Positions 1 to 12,765 of a stretch of DNA of 64,000 nt are shown piece by piece. The stretch lies in NCBI GenBank assembly GCA_951406725.2, contig OX597828.1, forward strand, positions 54,746,001 to 54,810,000, given 5' to 3'. This DNA comes from Octopus vulgaris (taxonomy: Eukaryota). Position 1 is the stretch's first letter. Each line of letters begins with the position of its first letter. Both the position numbers and the translations under genes were made by a program. Under the pieces are notes generated by a model. It was not told the origin of the DNA, did not search any database, and saw nothing but the letters and a program-made list of their open reading frames with translations.

Positions 1-34
1 TCATCTCACCAACTTATACAAATGAATCATAGTC

Positions 35-78
<44 letters not shown>

Positions 79-779
79 GCTCACACTCGCACATTCACGC
101 ACACAAACACATACATACATGCATGCACGCACACATCAATTTCCATTTGCATAGGTATACATCCATGTACACACATATCCACACATATAGAATCAATGCT
201 ACCACTATCGTTATATATTTTTGTCACAAATTAAAAAGATTGGCAGAAGGAAGCTATTTCCTTAATCAGACTCTGCTTGTTACCGAAACAAAATATTCAG
301 GCGTGCCTCACACACATACGTCAGCAAGTGTGTGTATACGCAAGTATGTATGTATGCATGTATGTATGTATGTATGTATGTATTTATGTATGTGTGTGTG
401 TATGTATGTATTATGTATGTATGTATTATGTATGTATGTATGTATGTATGTATGTATGTATGTGTGTGTGTATGTATGTATTATGTATGTATGTATTATG
501 TATGTATGTGCTTGTGTATGTGTGAATACGTGTGTGCGTATATGCGTATGTGTGTGTGTAAAAATTGAACTATATACCTTATATATACACAGCAACCCTA
601 GCTGCTAACGGTAAGTTATAAAGCAATTTTGTCAACTTATCGAACTTCGATATGAGAAAAAATTTATACCCTTCTACATCAGTAAACCGCTACTGTTTCT
701 GAAAGTTATTCTTCAAACTGTTCGAAGCTTACTAATTTCCTACATATTGATCCTTCGATCTTACCTTTATATATATACG

Positions 780-994
780 CGAGGAGTGCTGAAAAGTTTC
801 TGGCTATAAAGATATCGCGAAAAGCCTGGTTCGAGGCCCAACCGTCCGAGTTCTTCTACCGGGATTAGAAAAACTGAAATATCGCTGCTATAAGTGTGTG
901 AATCTGAGATAGGAATATGTTGAATAAAATCATAATTTACTGATCCTCTTGCATTTTCTTTTACCCACGTTTAGGAACTTTTCAGCACTCCTTG
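780..994 (+). mobile_element. mariner internal-deletion derivative (MITE)
   Basis: About 22-bp TIRs CGAGGAGTGCTGAAAAGTTTCT / AGGAACTTTTCAGCACTCCTTG, with TA on the right. Interior encodes LEKLKYRCYKCVNLR*EYVE*, resembling the mariner transposase C-terminus. Confidence 0.8.
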
Positions 995-998
995 TATA

Positions 999-1032
<34 letters not shown>

Positions 1033-1971
1033 CATACATACATACACACACACACACATGCACACACACATAACTATATAGAGATTATACAAGGTGTCTT
1101 CATCAACTGACCTAATGTAATAGGTATGTGCATGTTTTATGAGAGCTCAGTTTGGTTTACCTCTAAAAGTCTGGTCTTGAACTGCGACTGAAAAATGAGG
1201 TACTGTAAATGCTTATCAAAGGTGGCTATAAGTGGTTTTTCCTTGAGCGAAATTCGTAATGTACTTTTAACTATAATTTCACTATTTATTTAAACTTGGA
1301 ACTACGAAACGCATATACTTTTCATTCTGATCCTTCATTCATTTTTCAGCAAACTGGAAAGTACTAAAATCCTCGATTGGGTTGCTTCTTCATGTCTATG
1401 TTTTCTGACTTCTTTTCTTTGACGACGGTATACTTAGCTTATGGAATCCTTACTCAATACCATGATCCACATTCTGGGATATTCTAGAAACAGCTGTAGG
1501 AAACTCAAACTTTTTATCCTATTCTGTATTATGTTTATATTCTCTATTTAATTTAAATGCATTTCGAGTGATGCCAAATGCTTTGCTTTTCCCTTCTCTA
1601 CTTTAATCTATACATAAACACACACACACACACACACATACATCTATATGTACACACACGCACACATATCTATATGTATACACACGCACACATAAAATGT
1701 GAGTTGAATGCAAACATATAAGAGAAAAGGAGTGAAAGGAAAGAGGGAGAGAGAACTATCAACTGCTTTGAGATTCACAAAGTGTACTTCGATAAATTCT
1801 CATCAGAAATTTACTAATAGTTTTAATTAAAAATGAGATTAATCAAGTGTGTACATAGGAATGGAAGTGATTGGTGTTTGCAAGAAGTTGATACAGAATT
1901 TGCAATTCAAGGAATCCCATAAAGTTCTGTGAGTGTATGTTTATTCATGCATACACGCACACACATGTACG

Positions 1972-2049
<78 letters not shown>

Positions 2050-2994
2050 CGGAGTTTAGGCAGGATTACAAACCAATAGCTAAAAGTTTCGTTCCGCCAA
2101 ATATATTTAGTTGGTTGTATTTGTCACAGGGTGAAACGAAGAAATTATTCCGGTTAATCAACTTAGAAGTACGCTCGATGGAACAAGGCTGGTTGCACAA
2201 AAGCACATACGGTTGATGTTCCTCATGTTTCCCTTTCGGGGTACAGTCAATCATAACTTTGCCATTTCTGACATTTTTACCATTTTTTAAAATGACTTCT
2301 ATGTATTAAACATAGGAAATTACAACCCAATAAAAAAATGACTTACGGTTAGATTTTAGATTTTAGGATTTGGATTTAAGATTAAACTTTAAGGTTATGG
2401 CTTAAGATATCAGTTTAAGGTGTTTAGGGTTCACATTTGTATAAATTATAGTGATGTACTGTCCTAATTTTACTTATTTATATAACTGTGTTTTATTTAA
2501 ATGTTCGTTTCGGAACAGAAATGTTGTTGACATATTTTTCTCTTGTTTTTCTTCGTGTTTTTCTGAAGAGTTTTTACAGATTTCAGTCTGTAAAAACTCT
2601 CTGTTTACTTAGATTTTATTAATTTATTCTATGTGAAGAAAAAAAAAAACATCCTGGTTTTGGTATTAAATATTCGTATCATTATAGATTGGAGACAGAA
2701 ATTTGATATTTATATGAAATATTCATAATTTGATATTCTAAGGGATTTTTTGTTATTTTGCGTTACCATTATATATCCGGTAAGTACAAATGTTGGTTTA
2801 TACATAAATGCATGATAAAAGATCTCTTAACCACTTGAGTTCAAATCCTGCAGAGGTTAATTATGCGGTCATCCTTTTGGGGCCCATAAATCAAAGTAGC
2901 AGTTAAATATTGAGGTCAATTTCTATAACGCAGTCAGTGAGTAAATTCTAAGGGATGACTAAACGAATTCCACTCTGTCAAAATAATAATAATA

Positions 2995-3885
2995 ATCCTT
3001 TCTACTATAGATGCAATGCCTAGAATCTGTGTAGAAGGGGTTAGTCGATCACACAGACTCCAGGACTTGACTGGTACTTAATTTATTGACTTCAATAGGA
3101 TGAAAGGCAAAGTCGACCTCGGTGGAATTCGAACCCAGAACGTAAAGAAGCACGAAATGCCACTAAGCATATTACCCAGCGTGCTAACGATTCTGCCAGC
3201 TCGCTATCTTCATCCTTTTCTACTCTAGGCTCAAGGCCCGAAATTTTTGGGGAGGGGGCCAGTCAATTAGATCGACTTCAGTACGCAACTGGTACTTAAT
3301 TTATCGACCTGAAAAGATGAAAGGCAAAGTCAACCTCGGCGGAATTTGAACTCAGAACGTAAAGACAGACGAAATACCTATTTCTTTATTACCCACAAGG
3401 GGCTAAACACAAAAAGACCTATTTCTTAACTACCCACAAGGGGCTAAACACAGAGAGGACAAACAAGGACAGACAAACGGATTAAGTCGATTATATCGAT
3501 CCCAGTGCGTAACTGGTATTTATTTAATCGACCCCGAAAGATGAAAGGCAAAGTCGACCTCGACGGAATTTGAGCTCAGAACGTAACCGCAGACGAAATA
3601 CCGCTAAGCATTTCGCATGGCGTGCTAACGATTCTGCCAGCTCGCTGTCTTCATCAAAATAGTAATATCCTTTCTACTAAAGGCTCAAGCACTGAAATTT
3701 TGTGGGAGGGGACTAGTTGATGACATTGACCCCAGTGCATAATTGGTACTTAATTTATCGACCCCGAAAGGATGAAAAGTAAAATCGACTTCGGCGGGAT
3801 TTGAACTCAAGACATAGCGGCAAACAAAATACCACTAAGCATTTCACCTGGCGTGCTAACGATCCTGCCAGCTCGCTGCCTTCAT
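2995..3885 (-). mobile_element. tandem cluster of about 4 tRNA-derived SINE copies (family A, head GGCGGCGAGCTGGCAGAATCGTTAGCA)
   Basis: Repeated GAAAGGATGAAAGGCAAAGTCGACCTCGGCGGAATTTGAACTC; the reverse complement has A-box (TGGCAGAATCG) and B-box (GTTCAAATTCC) like motifs. The same sequence recurs many times in the window. Confidence 0.9.
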
Positions 3886-4211
3886 CAAAATAGTAATATC
3901 AAAAATCAGTATTGAGTATGACTAGAAGTAGCAGCTAAGTACGTCTCAAATCATACCCTACTGCCTTTGAAAAGAACACCGAGAATAATTTAGTCTTAGA
4001 TAAATTGAAAAATACAACATTATCATTGGTAGGACACACTTAATAACGGTCAATTGGATCAAAATTCACCTGGGGTTAAATATCAGTCAGAGACTTTCTA
4101 GACAATGTTGTCAATATAGAATTTAAGCTTCCATAAGTTTAAACACACACACATACATACACACTCACAAAAACGCACACATGCACACATACAGACACAC
4201 ACATGTCCATA

Positions 4212-4327
<116 letters not shown>

Positions 4328-4354
4328 CATCCATCCATCCATACACACAGACTC

Positions 4355-4410
<56 letters not shown>

Positions 4411-4418
4411 CATACATA

Positions 4419-4458
<40 letters not shown>

Positions 4459-4798
4459 AACATATATATATATATATACCGTGCATGAAAGGTGTTCCAA
4501 ATCAATACAGACCTGGCGAAGAAGGGTTAGTTAAAGTGTCTAGGTATGGAATTTGAGGGGCGAAAACCTGGAAAGCTGAAAAGAGATAGGTACACCAGGG
4601 AGGTATGAGCATAGTGATACACCCCGACCATCTTCTGGTAAGAAGAGGAGGGGCAGAGTCCATAAATGTTTTCAGAGCCTGTAACAAATATAGGAGGAAG
4701 TCACCTTCTTTATTCGAACGCGGGGCCTGAATGCTTCTAATAGACTGGACTCTACTAAAGTACTCAAGGACCAGGAGGTGGCGTTAAACTAGGTGGCG

Positions 4799-7015
4799 CA
4801 GGGTTGCCGATTTAGCATATTTTATGCTAAATCTAGCATTTTTTTTTCAGCATTTAGCAGAAAATTTTTGAATCTAGTATTTTAGCAGGGAAAATATGTT
4901 TAAAATTTTATTTAGCATTTTTTTAACATTTTTCTCTGATCATGGCATTTCCACAATAGTTTCCCTTTTTGCTTCTTTTTCTTCCTTTTCTACTTTCGTT
5001 GATGTATCTTATAGCCAAATTTTAGTACTCTCGGCTATTGTTAAATTTTTCTTTCACTTTCTTGAAACTTCAAATGAAAGTTTATGAAACGGAAGTTTAT
5101 CAAGTTATGAACTTTTCCACCCCCACCCCCAACGGCTTGGATACAGAGTGGTGCTGGTGGGGGAGGGGGAGAAGATAACTCATATCAGCGCCCGAACTCC
5201 CTACACAGTAATGTAAATATGTTGTAAAGAATGAAAACATGGAAATTCGTCCACAAAAATCCTTTATTCTGTTATGATGTACAAAATGTTCAAATATTTT
5301 GAGAAATGTTCTAAGCTCCATATTCTGATGGAGATCTGATTTCTGATACAGGAGATAGAAAATTTAGCCTGTTATTAGATGAATCCATTGATATATCGAT
5401 AAACAAGTTGTTAGGAATTATTATTATCATATATCATAGTGACACTTATAAAAAGTAGTGCATCCATATCTCGGTATGGTATCTTTAGAAACATGTGATG
5501 CGGATAGCATTGTAGATGCCTTAAAAATTGAATTAGTGAAAAAGAAATTAGATATAAAAAATTTAGTGGCTATAGGAACCGACAATGCTAGAGTAATGAT
5601 AGGAATCAACAATGGAGTTTTCCAGAAATTAAAAGACGTTCCATCATTACTTCTATTTAGATGTCTATTCTTACCCATAAATTTAGAATTTTTAGTATCC
5701 GAAACCTATAAATGGTCCTCTCATTTCTCAACAAGACAAAGTGCCAACAGACAGCTTTACCTTACTATCAATGATAAAGAGCCTTTGAAGATAGTGAATT
5801 CTTGTACAACTAGGTATCTATCAATAGAACAAGCGGTGAATAGAATTTAAACCAATGGTTTGAACTGCAAACTCACTTCCAAACCACAACTCCAAAAGAA
5901 AAATGCTTTACAGCACAAACGTTACATGAAATGTTTTGTGATTCTATGAATGAACTTTACCTTTTATTTTTGCATCCAATTTTGAAACATGCTCAGGAAG
6001 TGATCAGACTGTTTGAATTAAACACTGTCAACAAACGAAAATTACTTGATCTTTCAAATTTGATCAAATCTGTTGCTAATATGATAGTGTTACCAACATG
6101 AAGAATTGATTCTCTTGATCCGGTTGCTTCTATTGAAAAATGTCTGGATCCTAAACCAAATTTAGGCTACAAGTTTGAAAGAAAGATACAGAAATGGTCA
6201 TCAAGAAAACTGGAAGAGCCACAGAAGAAAATAATATTCGCAAAAGAGCACAACAATTTTTACTCTACCATTATAGAGAGCTCAAGCACTGTTTGCCAGG
6301 AAATATTAATATACTGAGGAATATCAAATGTTTTTTCAGTGGAGAATATTTTGCAGCATTTCAAAGATCCAATTTTACCTGTCTTAGAAGCAATGCATTG
6401 AATGCAAATGAAGAAAGAAATTGCTTCAGTTGAAATTCAGTTTAATTGCATTCATTTAGTTAAATGGACAAATACGTCTAATACTGAGGCATTCTAACTG
6501 GAAGTCTTGGAATATAAAGATGCTACTGGAGAAAATCCTTTTAGAAATGTTGCAAATTTTGCCATTAATTTATTGACATTGCCAAACTCAAATGCAGAAG
6601 TTGAACGGTTTTTCAGTAGTATGGATGTAATCAAATCAAAATTGAAAAACAAAATGCATCTTCCCATGCTTAGATCAATACTGTCTATAGAATATGGCCT
6701 GAAAAGAAATGGCAAATGTTGCAAAATCTTCGATATTCCAAAACACATAATTAACAAGACTGGGACCTTGAATGTATACAGAAGTCAAGACCTAGGCACT
6801 GCAGCTGAAAGTGATTAAATCAGTGAAATTCAAGAAATTATTTCTCAATGCTGAATATTATTAAAGGAAGTAAATAAAAATGTAAATAAAAATCAATTTT
6901 TTTTTATATAATTAGTCTTTAGCATTTTTTGTCATATTTAGCATGTTTTAGCCTTTTTTAGTATTTCTTCAACTGAAATATAGCATAAAATTCTGATTTT
7001 AAATTGGCTTCACTG
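4799..7015 (+). mobile_element. hAT-superfamily DNA transposon, degenerate
   Basis: Imperfect TIRs CAGGGTTGCCGATTTA / TAAATTGGCTTCACTG, exact 8-bp TSD AGGTGGCG (4791-4798, 7016-7023), subterminal TTTAGCA repeats at both ends, transposase remnant inside. Confidence 0.92.
5270..6818 (+). pseudogene. hAT transposase pseudogene
   Basis: Motifs TKCSNILRNVL, FSLLLDESIDIS, IGTDNARVMIG, TRYLS and the C-terminal dimerisation motif LTLPNSNAEVERFFSSM. Multiple stops and frameshifts. Confidence 0.9.
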
Positions 7016-7229
7016 AGGTGGCGGTTGAATTCTACTAAACAGTCTGCACATGATTTCATCTGACGAATTTCATACTGTTTCCACCAACCAAATTTCATTC
7101 ACAAAGCTTTCAACCTCTCTGGGCTATGATACAAGGCTTTTGTGAAAGATGCCGTGTAGTGAGATCGAAACGATACCAACGTTGTTATTTACCTGCTCCC
7201 AGGTAAATATCGGGGATGAAAGAAAAGGG

Positions 7230-7272
<43 letters not shown>

Positions 7273-7588
7273 GAACAGAACGGAAGAGAGAGACAGACAG
7301 TGGGTAGAAAGGAAGATAGAGAGAGAGAGGGGTGGAGAAAAGATGAGAGAGAGAAAGAGAGAAAGCAGTGTGTGGGGGAGTAATTCTTAGCGATTCATTT
7401 GGATGGATCGCTAGCATATTTGATTTGAAACGGGTACGTATCAACAGTACCACGATATGTGATCCCCACTATAGTGTAGCTGAGGGTTGTACCCTCTAGA
7501 AGGGCCAAAAATTGTTCAGAGGGAAAGCATTTTTGACCTTAAGCAAAGCTCCTGACTTTTAAGTTGCAGTTTTAGTTATAATGTATTT

Positions 7589-7920
7589 ATGGCTCAGTGG
7601 TTAGAGCGTCGAGCTTACGATCGTGAGGTTGTGAGCTCGAATCCCGGACCGGGCTGCGTGTTGTGTTCTCGAGCAAGGCACTTTATTTCACATTGCTCCA
7701 GTTCACTCAGCTGTAGAAATGAGTTGCGACGTCACTGGTGCCAAGCTGTATCGGCCCCTTTGCCCTTCCCTTGGATAACACTGGTGGCGTGGAGAGGGGA
7801 GGCTGGTATACATGGGCGACTGCTGGTCTTCCATAAACAACCTTGCCCGGACTTGTGTCTAGGAGGGTAACTTTCTAGGTGCAATCCCATGGTCATTCAT
7901 GACCGAAGGGGGTCTTTACT
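7589..7920 (+). mobile_element. tRNA-derived CORE-like SINE (family B)
   Basis: Head GGCTCAGTGGTTAGAGCG..GCTCGAATCCC, then a CORE-like TGTGTTCTCGAGCAAGGCACTTTATTTCAC..CTCAGCTGTAGAAATGAG. Further copies at about 40470 and 60946. Confidence 0.85.
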
Positions 7921-7959
7921 CCTTTATTTATATTGCTGCTGCTGTTTCTGCTGCTGTTG

Positions 7960-8138
7960 TTGTTATTGTTGTTGTTATTTAGCACCACAAAATCGTTCCA
8001 GATGTGAATACTACGTCGGTTTACATGAACAACGTATCTAAGACAATGTGTCACCTTACAAGATCGTGGGATACGATTTGAGGGAGACATGCCTGCTATA
8101 TCTAGCAGATGAAATGACTGCACAGAGGTTTCCTTCCT

Positions 8139-8223
<85 letters not shown>

Positions 8224-8410
8224 CTTTAGTCCAACGTCAAACCCTGATCAAGCAGGCCTGTTATCAAAACTATTCCAATATCAACTATTCCGCCAATTTG
8301 TATATTCAACAATACGTTGTCCAAAGCGAGCTTCATATTTTAAAGATGGCAGAATATGATACTTGCAAATTCAGCTGCCGTTTTGAATGTGATATAAAGT
8401 CTTCCTCGGC
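7960..8410 (-). mobile_element. two degenerate copies of an old retroposon family (D) with (CAA)n tails
   Basis: Reverse complement of the recurring ..CTAGAAATAGCAGCnAAATCTCCCTCAAATC.. module with CAA tails; similar at about 3910-4085, 24240-24800 and 62010-62465. Confidence 0.55.
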
Positions 8411-8653
8411 AGAACGTTCGCCAACCTGCACATATTTTATAGGTGCTGAGAGTGATTACTCTCTTCCTGTCTAGTATATGTGTCTGGGCATGCAGTTACC
8501 CCGTTGTTTGATGCACGCGAAACAAATAGCTGTGAAATCTATGGCTTCCAGGCCATCTCAAAATCTGTTTTATTTGTTTGTTGTATTTAAGTAGCTAACA
8601 TTTTATATATATATACATATATATGTATATATATATGTATATATATGTTTATA

Positions 8654-8708
<55 letters not shown>

Positions 8709-8750
8709 GTATATATATATACGCATATATATGCAAATATATATATATAC

Positions 8751-8819
<69 letters not shown>

Positions 8820-9249
8820 CATATATATATATCTAAATGTAACTTCTGCTAAATGCATTGAATGCCCTTTTGCTACGTTCGTCCACTATCACGTGTGTGT
8901 ATGTATGTATGTAGGTAGGTATGTATGTATGTATATACATGTACATGCGCACACTTAACTGTGTGTGTGTATAGACAAACATATGCAAGCACACATACAA
9001 ACACACACGCACACGCTAACACACGCACGCAGATTTTCTGGTACAAGTTTTATTTAGTTATAATGTTTAGATTTACGATGATGTCTTTCTCAGTATGTCG
9101 TAATGAAATTTAGTCTTTACTACCATTTTGTAAAATACATTTATTTATTTATTTTGTAATGTCATGGTGTATACAATAGCGTCGTTGCTTTAGAGTGCCA
9201 ACGATTTAATTGCTAGCTCACTGCATTTTTGAGAATGACAAAGATTAAT

Positions 9250-9807
9250 CAGTTATTCGATGCCGAGTGGCATCTTGAGCAAGTATGTTCTATTATAGCC
9301 TCGACCTGGCCAAAACTTTGTGACTCTATTTGGTAGACGGAAACTGAAAGAATCCCATCGTGTACATGAATACATATGTCTGTTTGTGTGTCTGTATGTG
9401 TCTGAGTGTGCATGTATGCGTGTCTTTGTATTCGTCCCTCCAACACCGTCGCCTGACGACCGGTGTTGGTTTATCTATATCCTCGTAACTTGGTGATTTG
9501 GCAAAAGAGATCTCGCAGTAGAAGTACCTGGTTGAAAAATAAGTACTGGGGTCGATTCGTTTGACTAAAACATTTCAAGGTGGTACCCAAGGTTGACTAC
9601 AACCCATTGAATGAAACAAGTAAATGATAAAAAATAATAGATACATAGGCATAGGAGTGGCTGTGTGGTAAGTAGCTTGCTTACCAACCACATGGTTCCG
9701 GGTTCAGTCCCACTGCTTGGCATCTTGGGCAAGTGTCTTCTGCTATAGCCCCGGGCCGACCAATACATTGTGAGTGGATTTGGTAGACGGAAACTGAAAG
9801 AAGCCTG

Positions 9808-9890
<83 letters not shown>

Positions 9891-9896
9891 TCTGTC

Positions 9897-9952
<56 letters not shown>

Positions 9953-10147
9953 GTCTGTGTTTGTCCCCCCAACATCGCTTGACAACCGATACTGGTGTGT
10001 TTACGTCCCCGTAACAGCGGTTCGGTAAAAGAGACCGATAGAATAAGTACTAGGCATACAAAGAATAAGTCCTGGGGGTCGATTTGCTCGACTAAAAGGC
10101 AGTGCTTCAGCATGGCCGTAGTCAAATGACTGAAACAAGTAAAAGAG
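9250..10147 (+). mobile_element. two tandem SINE copies (family C) with internal microsatellite
   Basis: Second copy (9654-10147) is complete: GGAGTGGCTGTGTGGTAAG..GGTTCAGTCCC head, GGATTTGGTAGACGGAAACTGAAAGAAGCC, (TA)n(TG)n, tail ..CAGCATGGCCGTAGTCAAATGACTGAAACAAGTAAAAGA. Confidence 0.9.
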
Positions 10148-11024
10148 TGTATATAAGCTCGCGCACTTGGATTGAAGAACTGATCGGTCGAATCCATTGT
10201 GTATTCATTTTTCTTTTACTTTGGTCTCGGTTTCAACCCGAACGACCCCTGCCAACATTTTCCTTTAATCCTCCCGACGTCGATAAAATAAGAAGCAGTT
10301 CAAGTACTGAGGTGGACGTAATCGCCTGAACCCTGAAAAGGTGGCACCCCACACGGAAGACAATAAATGAAATAAAAACAAACATATACAAAAAAAATCG
10401 TGTGTCTGTGTGAGAGAGTGTGTGTGTCAGAACTTTTCTTTCTTGCATTGTGTGTGTGTGTGTGTTTGTGCGCGCTCGCGCACGTGTCGTATTACAAATT
10501 GTTAGTTGAAGTTTTCACACGTTATTTTGCTTTATTGCTGTTCGTTGTGGCTTTTATGTGGCTGTGGTTGGGTCTTATGTGACTGTTAATAACAGTTTAC
10601 TAAAGTGTGTGTGTGTGTGAGACTTTGTATGTATTCTTGTAAATCTTGTTCTAGATTTTTTTCTCTTTGTGATTGTCTGATTTTTTTTTTACTTATGTAA
10701 ACATGCTTATTGAAGTGTTTAAGTTTGTGACGTTTAGGTGTGAGGTTTTCCGTTGATGTTGTTGTTTGTCTTGCTCTCCTATCTTTTGTGTGTTTTTCTA
10801 TGAATCTTTTCTAATTTCAGATGTAACTATGATGCAAAGCAAATTACCATTTTGCTAATGAGCTTTGTCTTTTTGTAAAATTAAGTGCAGCGTTGTCTTG
10901 GTCTCTTCACTCCAGTTTAGTATTTTCTATGCACTTAGCCTTTTCTATGTACTGCAGTATATATTCTACGTCTTTTCAGTGTAGTCTAGTATATTTTTGT
11001 TTTGTTTATGTTTTCTTCTCAAGC

Positions 11025-12105
11025 AGCTGCAACATAAATGCGTTCCACGACGTTGCCTCAAGAATCCCTATCCTCCTCCTCACATTACCTTTAATTAGAT
11101 CCTCAATAGGTGAGTCGCTGCAAATAACATCGATCTAATTGAGCGATCTCCATCACCTTTTAGTATACAAAACTCTCTCCTAAAAACACCTGATATGGCC
11201 TGGTGTGCAGCACAAAAGTAGTGGCCAGTAGGGGAGGATGCAATGTGTACCTAAATCCCCTCTTTGGTTTTGTGTTCATTTCATAAGATATTGTGAGCCC
11301 TCATAAGAAGACTGATGTACGTTCTGTCGAGTTTACGTTGAAGCTCTTTGATAGTCGAGGTTTGAGCTCTATGGAGAAGAACGCTCCTTACTTCGAAGAA
11401 GGAGAGCCTTGTTGACTTTGGAATACTAAAAGCTTCTTACAGACACTCCAGGCTAGTTACTTTCGTAAAAGGAGGTTTTCCTTACCGTCAACAACATTGA
11501 ACCCAAGGTGCATGAAATCACTGAATTCTTTGAATTACGTACCATCTTGAGGATAAATTTCTAAGCTGCTTTCACTCTCATTGATGGCCATGTACTCAAT
11601 GTTCTTAGTGTTGAGAAACATACGTCAGCTACCGGATATATTTGTTATCAGGGGATGTTGACTAATGATATGCATCATATAGTTGATGTGGTGTGAGGAC
11701 CAAAATTACTAACAGAATCCTGCTCTGATGCATGCTCTGATAACTTCTTGAACACTTCCGTTCTAAGGTGAGGTTTTTGTCTTAGAGGCTACGGTTTTGC
11801 CTCAAAATACAGTCCACAAGTATCATGAAGAGAAAAGGGGATAGTGTGTTTCCTTGAAGGAGTCCTACTGTTGTTGGAAACATTTCGTCTGAATCGTCTG
11901 TATTTTGAATGAAGCTTATCAAACATTCATGTCTTATCAAACACGGCCCTTCTGTTGACACTATTTAATGCTTTGGAGAAATCCACTGATACATGAAATG
12001 TCTTTTGCTTGGAGGTTCTGATCTCTTCTACAGTTCTTTTGAGAGCAAGGATCTGTGGTAGTGTTGATCAGCATTTACTGAAGCCATTTTGGTTCCTTAA
12101 AATTT
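11025..12105 (-). pseudogene. non-LTR retrotransposon RT/ORF2 3' fragment (RTE-X/RTE-like)
   Basis: Manual minus-strand translation gives NQNGFSKC*STLPQILALKRTVEEIR..VDFSKALNSVNRRAV, GLLQGNTLSPFLFMILVDCILR, FLNTKNIEYM, DFMHLG, LAWSVCKKL, KLDRTYISLLMRAHNI. Many disablements. Confidence 0.85.
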
Positions 12106-12721
12106 TTCACAGTAATACAGTCTTTCAGACTGCATTGTTCTGAAAGACTACGCAGTAATAAACTTTAAAGACCATACAACTGAAATACCGTAGTATCGTC
12201 ACTTCACTTCGTATGGTATTTTCATTGTTATACAATATTTTTACTGTTGCATAATAGTCCTTTCTTTATAGTACAGGCTTTTTACCGTAGTTTCCAATGT
12301 ACTACAGCCTTTTCATTGTACTATAGCCTTTCTAATGTAGTATAGCCTTTCTTTTTGTAAAAGAATCTCTCTAGTGGAACAGCGAGAATGCTATGCATTT
12401 TTTCTTTGTTTGTAGTTTAAGATTTTGTTTGTTGTAAGTTTTATGTGTAAACTTCTGGTTGATTGTCATGATTTCTGGTTGATGATCAGACAGACATTGT
12501 GTCTGCTGTGTTTCATATGCTGTTAACTTTGATAACTGATATCTGGAGATGTTAGTCAGTGTATTAGGTGGGGGAAGGGGGGGACGAAGTAGTTTATTGG
12601 GTTTTTGTGAAAGCTATTTGCGTGAAGGTGCATTTGATTAATGTTATAATGGTTCGGTTTTTGCGATGACGTCTGTAGATAAGTGGTCACGTGTGTATAT
12701 GTGTGTGTTTGTAAATGTGCG

Positions 12722-12765
<44 letters not shown>

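Noticed and set aside
2340-2435. Telomere-like TTAGG(G) variants (also about 52665-52685)
   Set aside because: Short and highly degenerate; more likely internal to an unidentified DNA element.
2995-3885. Regularly recurring motif suggestive of a CRISPR-like array
   Set aside because: The sequences between repeats are homologous to each other; these are tandem SINE copies in eukaryotic DNA.
4480-4790. Possible CR1-type LINE 3' remnant (FFIRTRGLNASNRLD)
   Set aside because: Similarity too weak to support without a search.
7589-7655. tRNA-like sequences (also 40470, 51069, 60946, 61800-61870)
   Set aside because: They are SINE heads that continue into SINE bodies, without a complete cloverleaf; not called as tRNA genes.
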